The notes under the pieces: generated by a model
Database searches by the model: none
What the model was told of the DNA's origin: nothing
Seen by the model: only the letters and a program-made list of their open reading frames with translations
Program-made: the position numbers and the translations under genes
Shown here: one piece after another, positions 9,048 through 18,213 of the stretch
How the letters are laid out: each line of letters opens with the position of its first letter
Position numbering within the stretch: position 1 is the first letter of the stretch
Origin: an uncultured Lachnospiraceae bacterium
GTDB lineage: Bacteria; Bacillota; Clostridia; Lachnospirales; Lachnospiraceae
Reading direction: 5' to 3'
Assembly (NCBI GenBank): GCA_964385485.1
Contig: CAYLPF010000001.1
Coordinates: 1 to 34,334, forward strand
DNA: 34,334 nucleotides

Positions 9048-9644
9048 ATGTCCAGAGACTCTTACCATGAATATTTTGACGGTTATATGGAACTTTCAGA
9101 AGTGGATAAAAAGGGAAGGGAACGGTTAAAGCGTGTCTATATCGCCGACTATTATCAGAGCGTTCTTTCAGAAGACGGCTGGAAGAGGATGAAAATGCTT
9201 TGCACAGGGCTCTGGATGGGTGATATAATGATCTATATTTTTGCGTCTGTCCAGAATCAGCCCTGCAATACCGCTGATTTTGTAGATATTGCGCAAATGT
9301 TATGCTTTCTTCCGCTGTTACTGTGGAGCTTTACAGCCTGTGAATATCTGGTTTCTCCCAGAAAGCTGACGATTGGAAAATTCCGTTCCATTCATGAGCC
9401 TTTTATCCGAAGAGCCTATGCAAGCGCCGTCTTTGAGGGAATATTGGCGGCGACTGTGCTGGCCAACGTTGCGGCGCGGGCGGATCTGCGGACGACCGGG
9501 AGTCTCGGGATCCTTTTCTTATATGCGGCAGGTGCGCTTATGGCGGCCTGGATTGGCAGACAGGAACAGGGGCAGAAATACAATCTTGTAGAAAATGACA
9601 TTCAACCGCCGGAAAATGGGATCTTGATCCGGGACAGTAAATAG
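9048..9644 (+). CDS. Uncharacterised membrane protein (about 4 TM), paralogue of 18214..18876
   Basis: RBS GGAGGAG; four hydrophobic segments. Shares SYH..F.GY, R.Y.ADY, IAQML and PR..TIG with the second copy. Confidence 0.8.
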   Translation: MSRDSYHEYFDGYMELSEVDKKGRERLKRVYIADYYQSVLSEDGWKRMKMLCTGLWMGDIMIYIFASVQNQPCNTADFVDIAQMLCFLPLLLWSFTACEYLVSPRKLTIGKFRSIHEPFIRRAYASAVFEGILAATVLANVAARADLRTTGSLGILFLYAAGALMAAWIGRQEQGQKYNLVENDIQPPENGILIRDSK

Positions 9645-9681
9645 AGAAACAAAAATGTAACAGGCAGAAAGGAAATACAAT

Positions 9682-11322
9682 ATGAATCTGAGAGAAAATC
9701 CGTTTTATTTAACCGGGCAGGAGGTACATTGGGTCGAAGCGACACTTGAGTCTATGGATCTCAGGCAAAAGGCCGGGCAGGTTTTTTGTGTGCTGGGCGG
9801 CAGCTATGAGCCGGAGGAACTGGATCGGATCGTGGAAGAGTACCATGTCGGCGGAATCCTGTTTCGTCCGGCGCCTGCACAGGAGATCCTGAAGGCATTT
9901 CAGAGAGCAGACAGGCTGGCAGGGATCCCTCTTCTTAAGGCGGCCAATCTGGAAGAAGGCGGGAGCGGGGCAATCAGCGAAGGGACATTGTTTGGCTGGC
10001 CCATGTCAGCTGCGGCGGCCGGAGCTTCGGAGTACGCGGGAGCGCTGGGGGAGGTTTGTGCGAATGAGGGAAGAAGCGTAGGCATAAACTGGAGCTTTTC
10101 GCCTGTGACGGACATCAATTATAATTATGAAAATCCAATCACGCATATCCGGACATTCGGAAGCGACCCGGAGCAGGTACGGGATTATAGCCTGGCGTAT
10201 ATGAAAGCGCTTCAAAAAGGCGGGATAGCAGCCTGTGCCAAGCACTTCCCGGGAGACGGCGTTGATTTCAGAGACCAGCATCTTCATCCAACCTATAACA
10301 CTCTGTCAGTGCAGGAATGGATGGCGGGCTATGGGCGGAATTATAAGGCGCTGATTGAGGAGGGCCTGCTCAGTATCATGGCAGGGCATATCGTGCAGCC
10401 GGCGCTTCAGATGCAGGAGAACCCGGAGCTCTCTGTCGAAGACTGCCTTCCGGCAACGCTGAGCAAGGAATTGCTGACAGGTGTGCTGCGGGGAAAGCTT
10501 GGATTCAATGGCCTGATCACATCGGATGCTACGATTATGCGCGGGTTTAATATGGCGATGGAGCGCCGGAAAGCGATCCCCGCGGCCATTGCGGCGGGGT
10601 GTGATATGCTGGTCTTCCAGGTTGATTTTTATGAAGATTATGAGTATCTGCTTCAGGGCGTGAAAAACGGGATTGTGTCGGAAGGGCGGCTTAATGATGC
10701 GGTGAAGCGTATTTTAGCTTTGAAGGCAGTGACCATGCGCGAAACGGCGCTCACCGTATGCGATCCTGAAAATGCGGGAAGAAGCAGGGCGTGTGTTGGC
10801 CGGGGGATCACCCTGGTGAAGGATAAGCAAAGGTTGTTTCCGCTTACGCCGGAGAAATTTCCGGAGATCGAGCTGATCATTCATGGAGAAAACAGGACCG
10901 GAGAAGGAGAAGACCTGACGGATCTGCTGAGGGAAAATCTTGAGAAAGAAGGGTTTCGGATCAGTGTTTTCCGGAAAGATCTCACTCCGGCGAAAAAAAT
11001 GGCTGACATCTGTGAAAAGCGTCTGCTCCTGCATATCGCCAATATGGGGGCTGTCAGCAACAACACTGCAAACAGGCTTTACTGGGTTCAGAGAGGAGCG
11101 CAGGACGCACCCAGATTTATCCAGGAAGAGACGGAGCTCTTTATTTCCTTTGCATATCCATATCACCTGCAGGATGTACCCAGGATAAAAACCTATATCA
11201 ATTGTTATACGTGCAGCCGCGCTGCTGTGGAGGGCGTCATTGCCAGAATGACCGGGAAGGAGGCTTTCACAGGGATTTCCCCGGTGGATGCTTTCTGCGG
11301 CCTGCCGGACACACGTATATAA
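9682..11322 (+). CDS. Glycoside hydrolase family 3, Nag3/BglP-like (beta-hexosaminidase/beta-glucosidase, candidate beta-glycoside phosphorylase)
   Basis: AANLEEGG, SPVTDI, IRTFG, KHFPGDGVDFRDQH (10240-10281), LRGKLGFNGLITSDA with the nucleophile Asp at 10525. No signal peptide. Confidence 0.9.
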   Translation: MNLRENPFYLTGQEVHWVEATLESMDLRQKAGQVFCVLGGSYEPEELDRIVEEYHVGGILFRPAPAQEILKAFQRADRLAGIPLLKAANLEEGGSGAISEGTLFGWPMSAAAAGASEYAGALGEVCANEGRSVGINWSFSPVTDINYNYENPITHIRTFGSDPEQVRDYSLAYMKALQKGGIAACAKHFPGDGVDFRDQHLHPTYNTLSVQEWMAGYGRNYKALIEEGLLSIMAGHIVQPALQMQENPELSVEDCLPATLSKELLTGVLRGKLGFNGLITSDATIMRGFNMAMERRKAIPAAIAAGCDMLVFQVDFYEDYEYLLQGVKNGIVSEGRLNDAVKRILALKAVTMRETALTVCDPENAGRSRACVGRGITLVKDKQRLFPLTPEKFPEIELIIHGENRTGEGEDLTDLLRENLEKEGFRISVFRKDLTPAKKMADICEKRLLLHIANMGAVSNNTANRLYWVQRGAQDAPRFIQEETELFISFAYPYHLQDVPRIKTYINCYTCSRAAVEGVIARMTGKEAFTGISPVDAFCGLPDTRI

Positions 11323-11344
11323 AAAGCCGGAAAGGAAAAACACG

Positions 11345-12178
11345 ATGAAAATAGCTGAAATAATTGAACGGATCGAAAAATGGCATGCGCCGCTGGAGCA
11401 TCCGGATCATACCCTGGATAGTGTAAAGACCGGGGATGCGGCGCAGGAATGTACCGGCATCGCGGTTACGGTGTGCGTGACCGTGGAGGTAATTCAAAAG
11501 GCGGCGGAAGAGGGCTGTAACCTGATCATCGGACATGAGCCTGTATTTTATGGGGACAGCGAGTATGCGCCGTCGCTGGAGGACGATCCGGTTTATCTGA
11601 AAAAGAAAGAGCTTCTGGAAGCCTGTCATATGGTGGTTTACCGGGATCACGACCATATGCATGGGCCGGGCGGCATCATGGCAAAGGTCCATACGGAGAC
11701 TGACCATATTTATTATGGTATCATGAAAGAGCTTGGGTGGGAGGAGTACCGCAGGGGTGAGGAGACAAAACCGCTCTGGTATGAGATACCGGAAACTACG
11801 GTCCGGGATCTCGCAGGTGAACTGATGGAGGCATTTGGCCTGGACGGAGTGAGGATTGTGGGAGATCAGGCGGCTGCTGTGAAAACTGTCTTCTTCTGTG
11901 AGCATGTGTTTGGACGGCCAAATGACTATGAAACGATTGCAAAGGCGGCAAAGGCTGACGTCATGATCCCCCTGGAAATTGTGGACTGGACATTGACGGA
12001 ATATGTAAGGGATGCCGTGCAGCTTGGTCTGGGGAAAGCGGTGATCGAGATGGGACATTTTAATACAGAAGAGCTGGGGATGAAATATCTGGCAAAGCAG
12101 TTAAGTGAACTGCCGGGTCTGGAGGCTCCTGTCCGATTTATCAAGTCAGGCGACAGCTACAGTTATATCCTGCGATAA
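11345..12178 (+). CDS. Nif3/YbgI-like dinuclear metal-centre protein
   Basis: GIAVT, LIIGHEPVFY, YRDHDHMH and MGHFNTEE.GM match the NIF3-family His/Asp/Glu ligand pattern. Confidence 0.8.
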   Translation: MKIAEIIERIEKWHAPLEHPDHTLDSVKTGDAAQECTGIAVTVCVTVEVIQKAAEEGCNLIIGHEPVFYGDSEYAPSLEDDPVYLKKKELLEACHMVVYRDHDHMHGPGGIMAKVHTETDHIYYGIMKELGWEEYRRGEETKPLWYEIPETTVRDLAGELMEAFGLDGVRIVGDQAAAVKTVFFCEHVFGRPNDYETIAKAAKADVMIPLEIVDWTLTEYVRDAVQLGLGKAVIEMGHFNTEELGMKYLAKQLSELPGLEAPVRFIKSGDSYSYILR

Positions 12179-12196
12179 GAAACGGAAGGCGAAGCT

Positions 12197-13081
12197 ATGA
12201 TAAAAAAGATGGTAATACGCATCGATGATGTGGGTTATACTCCGATAAATGATATCGGCGCTTTTGAGGTATTTGATCATGGAGTGGGGACTGCGGCGGA
12301 CGTTATGCTTGATACGCCGGGGACAGAGGAAGCCCTGCGGCGCCTGCGGGACTATCCGTGGATATCGGTTGGCTGGCATACGCACTTTTGGGGGAAGCCG
12401 GTATCAGCGCCGGAGCAGGTAAAAACATTGCTGGATGTTGATACAGGTCACTTTATCCGGGACATCCAGACTTCCGACCAGTTTGATGAAGAAGAACTGA
12501 GGAATGAGATGCGGGCGCAGATCGAAAGATGTATCCGTATCCTCGGGAAGGCGCCGGAGACCTGCCAGAGCATGGGAGAGAAAACGAAATTTGACCGGAT
12601 CAAAAAAGAAATCTGCCGCGAGTACGGGATTGTGACAGATTTTGCGAGAAATGTACGAAACAAAGAGTCCGGACTGGAGTTCTCAGATGTGGATGCGAAG
12701 TGGGAGGCACGGAATATTTACTGGATGGGGCCGGGACCAGCCTACCATGACCTGTTTGGAGATTCGATAAAAGCGCAGGCTGCTTATGACCCGGTAAAAT
12801 ACTATACGGAGGATCGGGGGCAAATGAACCTGCTCCCGGAAGGCGCGATCGCCGGACAGGCATGGCACCCGGGATACGTAGATTATTATATGTGCCGCGA
12901 GGGAGACCAGGGGCCGAATGCCAGAAATTTCCTGGAGTGCCGGCCGATCGATGTGCATGCCCTCTGCTCTGAAAAGTTAAAGGATTGGATCAGGGAAAAT
13001 AATATTGAGCTCCTGAATTTCCGGGATGCGATCTACGGGACACAGGACTATCAGAATCATCTGAAGAGCCGCGGCTTTTAA
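12197..13081 (+). CDS. YdjC/ChbG-family carbohydrate deacetylase-like protein
   Basis: N-terminal IRIDDVG, SVGWHTHF, E.RAQIER and WHPGY motifs. Confidence 0.82.
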   Translation: MIKKMVIRIDDVGYTPINDIGAFEVFDHGVGTAADVMLDTPGTEEALRRLRDYPWISVGWHTHFWGKPVSAPEQVKTLLDVDTGHFIRDIQTSDQFDEEELRNEMRAQIERCIRILGKAPETCQSMGEKTKFDRIKKEICREYGIVTDFARNVRNKESGLEFSDVDAKWEARNIYWMGPGPAYHDLFGDSIKAQAAYDPVKYYTEDRGQMNLLPEGAIAGQAWHPGYVDYYMCREGDQGPNARNFLECRPIDVHALCSEKLKDWIRENNIELLNFRDAIYGTQDYQNHLKSRGF

Positions 13082-15321
13082 GAAACAATTTTCCGGTATT
13101 CGGTCGGAGTCATATTTTCCAGCTTGCGGAAATTGCGGGTCAGTGTATCGGTGGTGCTGTAGCCGATTTCCACTGCGATCTGTTTGACCGTGAGCCTGGT
13201 GTCTGCCAGCAGCTTTTTCGCCTCCTCAATCCGCCGGTAATTGACATATTCGGCGATCCCCATGCTCAGCTGTTCCTGGAACATAGGCGTCAGCCTCTGC
13301 ACAATGATACCGACAGACTCGCAGATCATGGATACATTCAGATTCTGGTCGTTTAAATGCTCCTGAATAAACACGCAGGCATTGTCTACTTCCTTGAAAG
13401 AAACCTGCTTCTGGGACATATCCAGCGCAAGCTGCGCGAAGATTTCGTCAGCAGCCGCATTCAGCTCGGAAATAGAATTTGCATGGATGAGCCGTTTGCC
13501 GCACGCCGGGGCATCAAACCCGGGGTAGTCCACAGTGAGCAGGAATTCAGCCAGTATGTGGGCGACGGTATTCAGCCTTTGCGTGGAAAGCTGGTAATCA
13601 GAGGTAAATGGCGCAACATGCTCCTGCAGGATGGATGCGGCCATGGAGGGAACGATATTATATTTCCCGATGAGCAGGGTATTGACCAGCGTCTGCACCT
13701 GCCGGAAAAAGTCACCCTTCAGGAGCAGCCCGCCGTTATCGTGGAGGATGTCTTCACTGATGATCTTTGACGTATTATCAATGGCAACTGCAAACCGCTC
13801 CAGGCTCTGCGCCTGTGAAAAGGCAGCGGCGATCTCCTCCGGCGCAGTGACAGCATTGCTGATGGCCGCGTGAAGCTGGATTCCATATCCGTCGTTCATA
13901 AATTTGCTGATGCTTTCGCAGGCAGCCATCACATGTTTTCCTGCGCTCTCATCTGATAACGTGTAAAAAATCGTGATGAAACGATCCGGCTCGGTACAGC
14001 TGAGGGAACCAAAAGCGTCGTCAGTAAATTGTCTGACTGCCGTCTGGAAAATAATCCAGGACATATGGGAAACATCTTCGGTATCACTGGTAACAAGCGC
14101 CATATTGTTATAGGCCTTTATGTAGAACACCGCGACGTAATAGCTTGCGTTTTTTACGGGAACCTGCAGCTGCTGCAGCTGACGCTCCAGAAGCCGGTCT
14201 TTATATTGGGAATATAAGACACCGTGAAGCAGATGCTCCCTCACGATATTCTGATCCTGTTTGTTTTGATCCCGGTAGCTGAGGAGCGCATTTTGGACGG
14301 CCGGGATCAGCTCCTTGTAGGTGACGGCGGAATCTTCCTGCGGCAGTGCTTCGACCAGGCGGGCAATCTGTATATAGCGCTTTTTTGAAACCCTGTACAG
14401 ATACAGAAAACTGAGTACAAAAACGAGAACCGCATAAACGAAAAAGCAGAGGCTGATGACCCGGAAAGGATAGTAGTAGCTGCTTTTGCTGATGGCGATC
14501 ATATAAGTAAAATCATCTACAACGATCTGAAAGCATTTCACCGGTTTTCCGAGAAAATGGCTGACTGTTGCTTCGGAAGCCAGCTCATCCATCGTATATG
14601 CCCTGTCCAGTGGCTGCGACGGGATAAACGTAGCATCATTATACAGACATGCAAAGTCCGCATTGAGGCTGTTGATTGCCTCGATAAAGGCCTCCAGGTC
14701 AAGCGAAATCAGGAGATATCCTGTGATCTCACCGCTGTTACTGCGAAACGGCGCAATACAATACGGACTGCCCAGGTGGCTGTCAGCCATCATATTCCAT
14801 TCTGTTTCTTCAATGGCGAAAAAGCTGTCATAATCGATCCCCATTTTTTTCAGAATGCTCTCCAGAGAGGCAAGATTAAAATAACCTCCATCTGAGAAAA
14901 TATATTGCTGTTTTTCTGAAATAAAATAAATACGGTCAATATAAGCGCAGTGCTCTTTTTGGATAGAAATCTGGCGGCAGATGCTGGAAGGATTTGAATA
15001 GTTATATAAAAGCCGGTCGGTATTCCCGGTATTATTATCCAGCGCAATAAAATCGCTGACTAAGGAGTCGCTGATAAGATTTACTTCATGCATCATGGAA
15101 GAAATCTGTAACTGGAATTGTTCTACTGTATGCTCTGCGCTGAGCTTATATTGCTTATAGCTGATATTCTGTACACTGAAGTAGAGGATAACGCAGAAAA
15201 AAAGCGGAATTACCAGCAGTATGATATAGCGCCTGATTTCCTGTCTGAAATTGATCTTCTGATTTTTTAAAGCAGAAAAAGAGTATCTTTTCTGTGTTCT
15301 CATCTCGTCTATGCCTTTCAT
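13078..15321 (-). CDS. Membrane-anchored AraC-family transcriptional regulator
   Basis: Two TM segments flank an extracytoplasmic sensor region. C-terminal double HTH (RIEEAKKLL..TVKQIAVEIGY...RNFRKLENMTPTEYR). The start may be 15303. Confidence 0.9.
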   Translation of the reverse strand: MKGIDEMRTQKRYSFSALKNQKINFRQEIRRYIILLVIPLFFCVILYFSVQNISYKQYKLSAEHTVEQFQLQISSMMHEVNLISDSLVSDFIALDNNTGNTDRLLYNYSNPSSICRQISIQKEHCAYIDRIYFISEKQQYIFSDGGYFNLASLESILKKMGIDYDSFFAIEETEWNMMADSHLGSPYCIAPFRSNSGEITGYLLISLDLEAFIEAINSLNADFACLYNDATFIPSQPLDRAYTMDELASEATVSHFLGKPVKCFQIVVDDFTYMIAISKSSYYYPFRVISLCFFVYAVLVFVLSFLYLYRVSKKRYIQIARLVEALPQEDSAVTYKELIPAVQNALLSYRDQNKQDQNIVREHLLHGVLYSQYKDRLLERQLQQLQVPVKNASYYVAVFYIKAYNNMALVTSDTEDVSHMSWIIFQTAVRQFTDDAFGSLSCTEPDRFITIFYTLSDESAGKHVMAACESISKFMNDGYGIQLHAAISNAVTAPEEIAAAFSQAQSLERFAVAIDNTSKIISEDILHDNGGLLLKGDFFRQVQTLVNTLLIGKYNIVPSMAASILQEHVAPFTSDYQLSTQRLNTVAHILAEFLLTVDYPGFDAPACGKRLIHANSISELNAAADEIFAQLALDMSQKQVSFKEVDNACVFIQEHLNDQNLNVSMICESVGIIVQRLTPMFQEQLSMGIAEYVNYRRIEEAKKLLADTRLTVKQIAVEIGYSTTDTLTRNFRKLENMTPTEYRKIVS

Positions 15322-15343
15322 TCGTGGTTCCCATATATATGGT

Positions 15344-15373
15344 ATGGTATAAGCTGTTTTTTACCGGTATCAA
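15344..15373 (-). promoter_or_regulatory. Possible sigmaA promoter of the AraC gene
   Basis: Minus strand TTGATA-N18-TACCAT just upstream of the start codon. Confidence 0.35.
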
Positions 15374-15392
15374 GGTTCAACCGCTTTTCATC

Positions 15393-15431
15393 AGGAACTG
15401 TCACGAAACAACTTGTTTTGCGGCAGTTCCT
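15393..15431. repeat. 39-bp imperfect palindrome in the divergent araC/GH31 intergenic region
   Basis: AGGAACTGTCACGAAACAA-C-TTGTTTTGCGGCAGTTCCT: 16 of 19 pairs Watson-Crick, two G-T, one mismatch. Confidence 0.75.
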
Positions 15432-15491
15432 TAGCATTATAAATCATAATTCCGGGCTTTTCAACGGAAGAAATCCGATAAAAGGGGATTT

Positions 15492-15597
15492 TGGAAGAAA
15501 AGCGGCGTTTTGGAAAAAAACAGGGCGCGGGAATAGAGAATTTCAAGGCATTTGGAAAAAGAAGTATCTATGCTTTTGGCGATGTGAGGCTTATCCT
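15492..15597 (+). promoter_or_regulatory. Putative activator-dependent promoter, site 3, with a second upstream operator pair
   Basis: TAGAGAATTTCAAGGCATTTGGAAA (15534-15558) resembles site 1, including TCAAGGC. -10 TATCCT at 15592 is 39 nt after TGGAAA at 15553. An additional TGGAAG/TGGAAA pair lies at 15492/15511 (19-nt period). Confidence 0.6.
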
Positions 15598-15646
15598 GTT
15601 TCCAGACGGAGCGAGGCAAGGCGAGAAAGAGGAGGGATAATACAGG

Positions 15647-18109
15647 ATGAAGATCAGTTATGGCAATAATCCAAATGCAGCCGCAGATCCGAATGCGGTT
15701 GTGCAGGGGGAACGGTACCGTATCACTGTCCTTACAGATCGTATGGTACGGATTGAGTTCAGTCCCAAAGGAGAATTTGTTGACCAGGAGACACAGACAG
15801 TGCTGAACCGGAAATTTCCTGTTCCGCGTTACCGCGTAGAGGATAAGGGGACGTCCATTGATGTAATCACAGGCAACCTGATTGTTTCTTATGAAAAGGA
15901 TAAGCCGTTTGCGAATAATACGCTGAGCATCCAGATGATCGGGAACCCGTACCTGAGAAAGAGCGGGACATGGTTTTATGGCGACAAAGGCCTGGAAAAT
16001 CAGGGAAATCTGAAGGGGACGGCCTCAACTCTGGATAATGCGGTCGGTGATCATTATTATAAAGATTCAAAGGATGAGACAAAAGTCTGGGGAGAGCCGG
16101 GGGAACCTGTAGAGTTGTGTGATGGTCTGATGTCCAGAAATGGTTTCGCGGTCATTGATGACAGTGAATCTCTTGTGTTTGATACGGAAGGTTGGGTTCA
16201 TCCGGCGCCGGAAGGGCATAAGGATATTTACTTTTTGAATTATGGGAGAGATTACCTGGGAACACTGGACGTATTTTATACGATGACCGGGAAAACGCCA
16301 ATGCTTCCCAGATATGCACTGGGTAACTGGTGGAGCCGCTTCTATAAATACTCACAGGAAAGCTACCTGGCGCTTCTGGATAAATTCAGGGAGGAAAATA
16401 TTCCGATTTCCGTTGGAGTTCTGGATATGGACTGGCACTATGTGAATATTGATCCGAAATATGGAAAAGGCTGGACAGGTTATACCTGGAATAAAGAGTT
16501 ATTTCCTGATCCGGAAGGTATGATGAAGGAAATTCATGATAAGGGAATGCATTTTTCTTTGAATGTACATCCTGCGGATGGTGTGAAAGCACACGAAGAA
16601 ATGTATGTGGAAATGGCAAAAGAACTGGGCTGGGATTATGAACATGAGGTTCCGATCCCATTTGATGTAACGGATCCGAAGTTCGTAAAGGCGTATTTCA
16701 AATATCTGCATCATCCAAACGAGGAAAAAGGTGTGGACTTCTGGTGGATTGACTGGCAGCAGGGCTCCAATTCAAAGATACCGGGATACGATCCGCTCTG
16801 GATGCTGAATCACTATCATTACATCGATAATGCAAGGGGCGGAAACCGGCCAATGAATTTCTCCAGATATGCGGGGCTTGGTTCCCACCGATACCCGATT
16901 GGTTTTTCGGGAAGCACATTTATCACCTGGGAGTCATTGGACTTTCAGCCGTACTTTACGGCAAACGCGTCAAATGTCGGATATGGCTGGTGGAGCCATG
17001 ATATCGGGGGACACCGGAATGGATACAGGGATGATGAGCTGACGGCCAGATGGGTGCAGTTCGGCGTATTTTCTCCGATCATGAGGCTCCACAGCTCGGA
17101 TGAAGTGTTTACCGGAAAAGAGCCCTGGAAATTCTGTACAGATTCGGAACGTGTCATGAGAAGCTTTTTGAAACTCCGGCATGAGCTGCTTCCGTATACG
17201 TATACGATGAATGAACGCTTCCATTCAAAGAATCGTCCGCTGATCGAGCCGATGTATTATCAGCATCCGGACAGCGAAGAGGCGTACCGGATGAGAAATG
17301 AATATTATTTTGGGTCTGAGCTGATCGTTAATCCGATTACGGTAAAAGCTGACCAGGAGACAAAGACAGGAGCGGTAAAAACGTGGCTTCCACAGGGCTT
17401 GTGGTTTGATCTGTTTACGGGAATCCATTATGGAGGCAATCGTGTGATTACGATGCACCGTGATATTGAGACAATTCCGGTGCTGGCAAAAGCCGGAGGG
17501 ATTGTTCCCATGCAAAGCGAAGAGGAGCTTTCTTCCAGAACAGATAATCCGAAGCAAATGGTAATAAAAGTGTTCTGCGGTGCGGACGGAATGTTTGAAT
17601 TATATGAAGATGACGGGATTTCTCTCCGTTTTGAACAGGGGGAATATGTCACTACGGCATACGAGCTTGTGTGGGGAACCCGGAAGCAGTTTACGATTGG
17701 TCCGGCGAAGGGAATGACAGAGCTGATACCATCTCACAGATCCTATTCGGTTGAACTGTATGGAATTGCCCCGGATGCGGTGGAAAAGGTGGAAACAGAT
17801 GGCATCCGTGTTGGATATGACACCAGTTATGATACGAGAAGACATATCCTGACGGTAGAAATCGCGGGATGCGATGTTTCCGGAAAGCTTGTGATCACGC
17901 TGAAGTCCGGGACCACAGTACTTGATAATGATGTGGAACAGGGCGCATATACAGCTCTGAACCGGGCTCAGATCCCGTTTGCGGAAAAGGAAAAAGCATA
18001 TCGGATCATCAGGAGTGATTCGATGGTGACGGCAAAGCTTTCGACGATTGAATCCATGTATATGCCGGAAAAAATGAAATCTGTGCTGCGGGAACTCCTT
18101 CTGGCATAG
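15647..18109 (+). CDS. Glycoside hydrolase family 31 (GH31_u1-type alpha-glycosidase)
   Basis: LGNWWSR, VLDMDWH, nucleophile FWWIDWQQG, acid/base WSHDIGGH, RWVQFGVFSPIMRLH and a C-terminal helical domain. RBS GGAGG. Confidence 0.92.
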   Translation: MKISYGNNPNAAADPNAVVQGERYRITVLTDRMVRIEFSPKGEFVDQETQTVLNRKFPVPRYRVEDKGTSIDVITGNLIVSYEKDKPFANNTLSIQMIGNPYLRKSGTWFYGDKGLENQGNLKGTASTLDNAVGDHYYKDSKDETKVWGEPGEPVELCDGLMSRNGFAVIDDSESLVFDTEGWVHPAPEGHKDIYFLNYGRDYLGTLDVFYTMTGKTPMLPRYALGNWWSRFYKYSQESYLALLDKFREENIPISVGVLDMDWHYVNIDPKYGKGWTGYTWNKELFPDPEGMMKEIHDKGMHFSLNVHPADGVKAHEEMYVEMAKELGWDYEHEVPIPFDVTDPKFVKAYFKYLHHPNEEKGVDFWWIDWQQGSNSKIPGYDPLWMLNHYHYIDNARGGNRPMNFSRYAGLGSHRYPIGFSGSTFITWESLDFQPYFTANASNVGYGWWSHDIGGHRNGYRDDELTARWVQFGVFSPIMRLHSSDEVFTGKEPWKFCTDSERVMRSFLKLRHELLPYTYTMNERFHSKNRPLIEPMYYQHPDSEEAYRMRNEYYFGSELIVNPITVKADQETKTGAVKTWLPQGLWFDLFTGIHYGGNRVITMHRDIETIPVLAKAGGIVPMQSEEELSSRTDNPKQMVIKVFCGADGMFELYEDDGISLRFEQGEYVTTAYELVWGTRKQFTIGPAKGMTELIPSHRSYSVELYGIAPDAVEKVETDGIRVGYDTSYDTRRHILTVEIAGCDVSGKLVITLKSGTTVLDNDVEQGAYTALNRAQIPFAEKEKAYRIIRSDSMVTAKLSTIESMYMPEKMKSVLRELLLA

Positions 18110-18213
18110 GTAATGCCGCCGAAGGGCAGGAAATGGGAATTACTGCAGGATTGCGGGCTGTATCAGAACAGAATGTGGTGTGGAATTATGGATTATGCGG
18201 GATGGGAGGAAAC

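Noticed and set aside
9041-9070. 9-codon leader peptide MKYVQRLLP overlapping the membrane-protein start
   Set aside because: The ATG is too close to the GGAGGAG, and there is no telling codon content; ATG 9048 fits better and matches the paralogue.
11267-12058. Long antisense ORFs (also 23528..24292, 26420..27166, 10714..11343, 28586..29203)
   Set aside because: They lie opposite well-supported genes and have no recognisable motifs; treated as shadow ORFs.
15418-15669. 83-aa ORF in the araC/GH31 intergenic region
   Set aside because: It overlaps the operator and promoter, has a TTG start without a clear RBS, and the translation is Lys/Arg-rich and non-protein-like.
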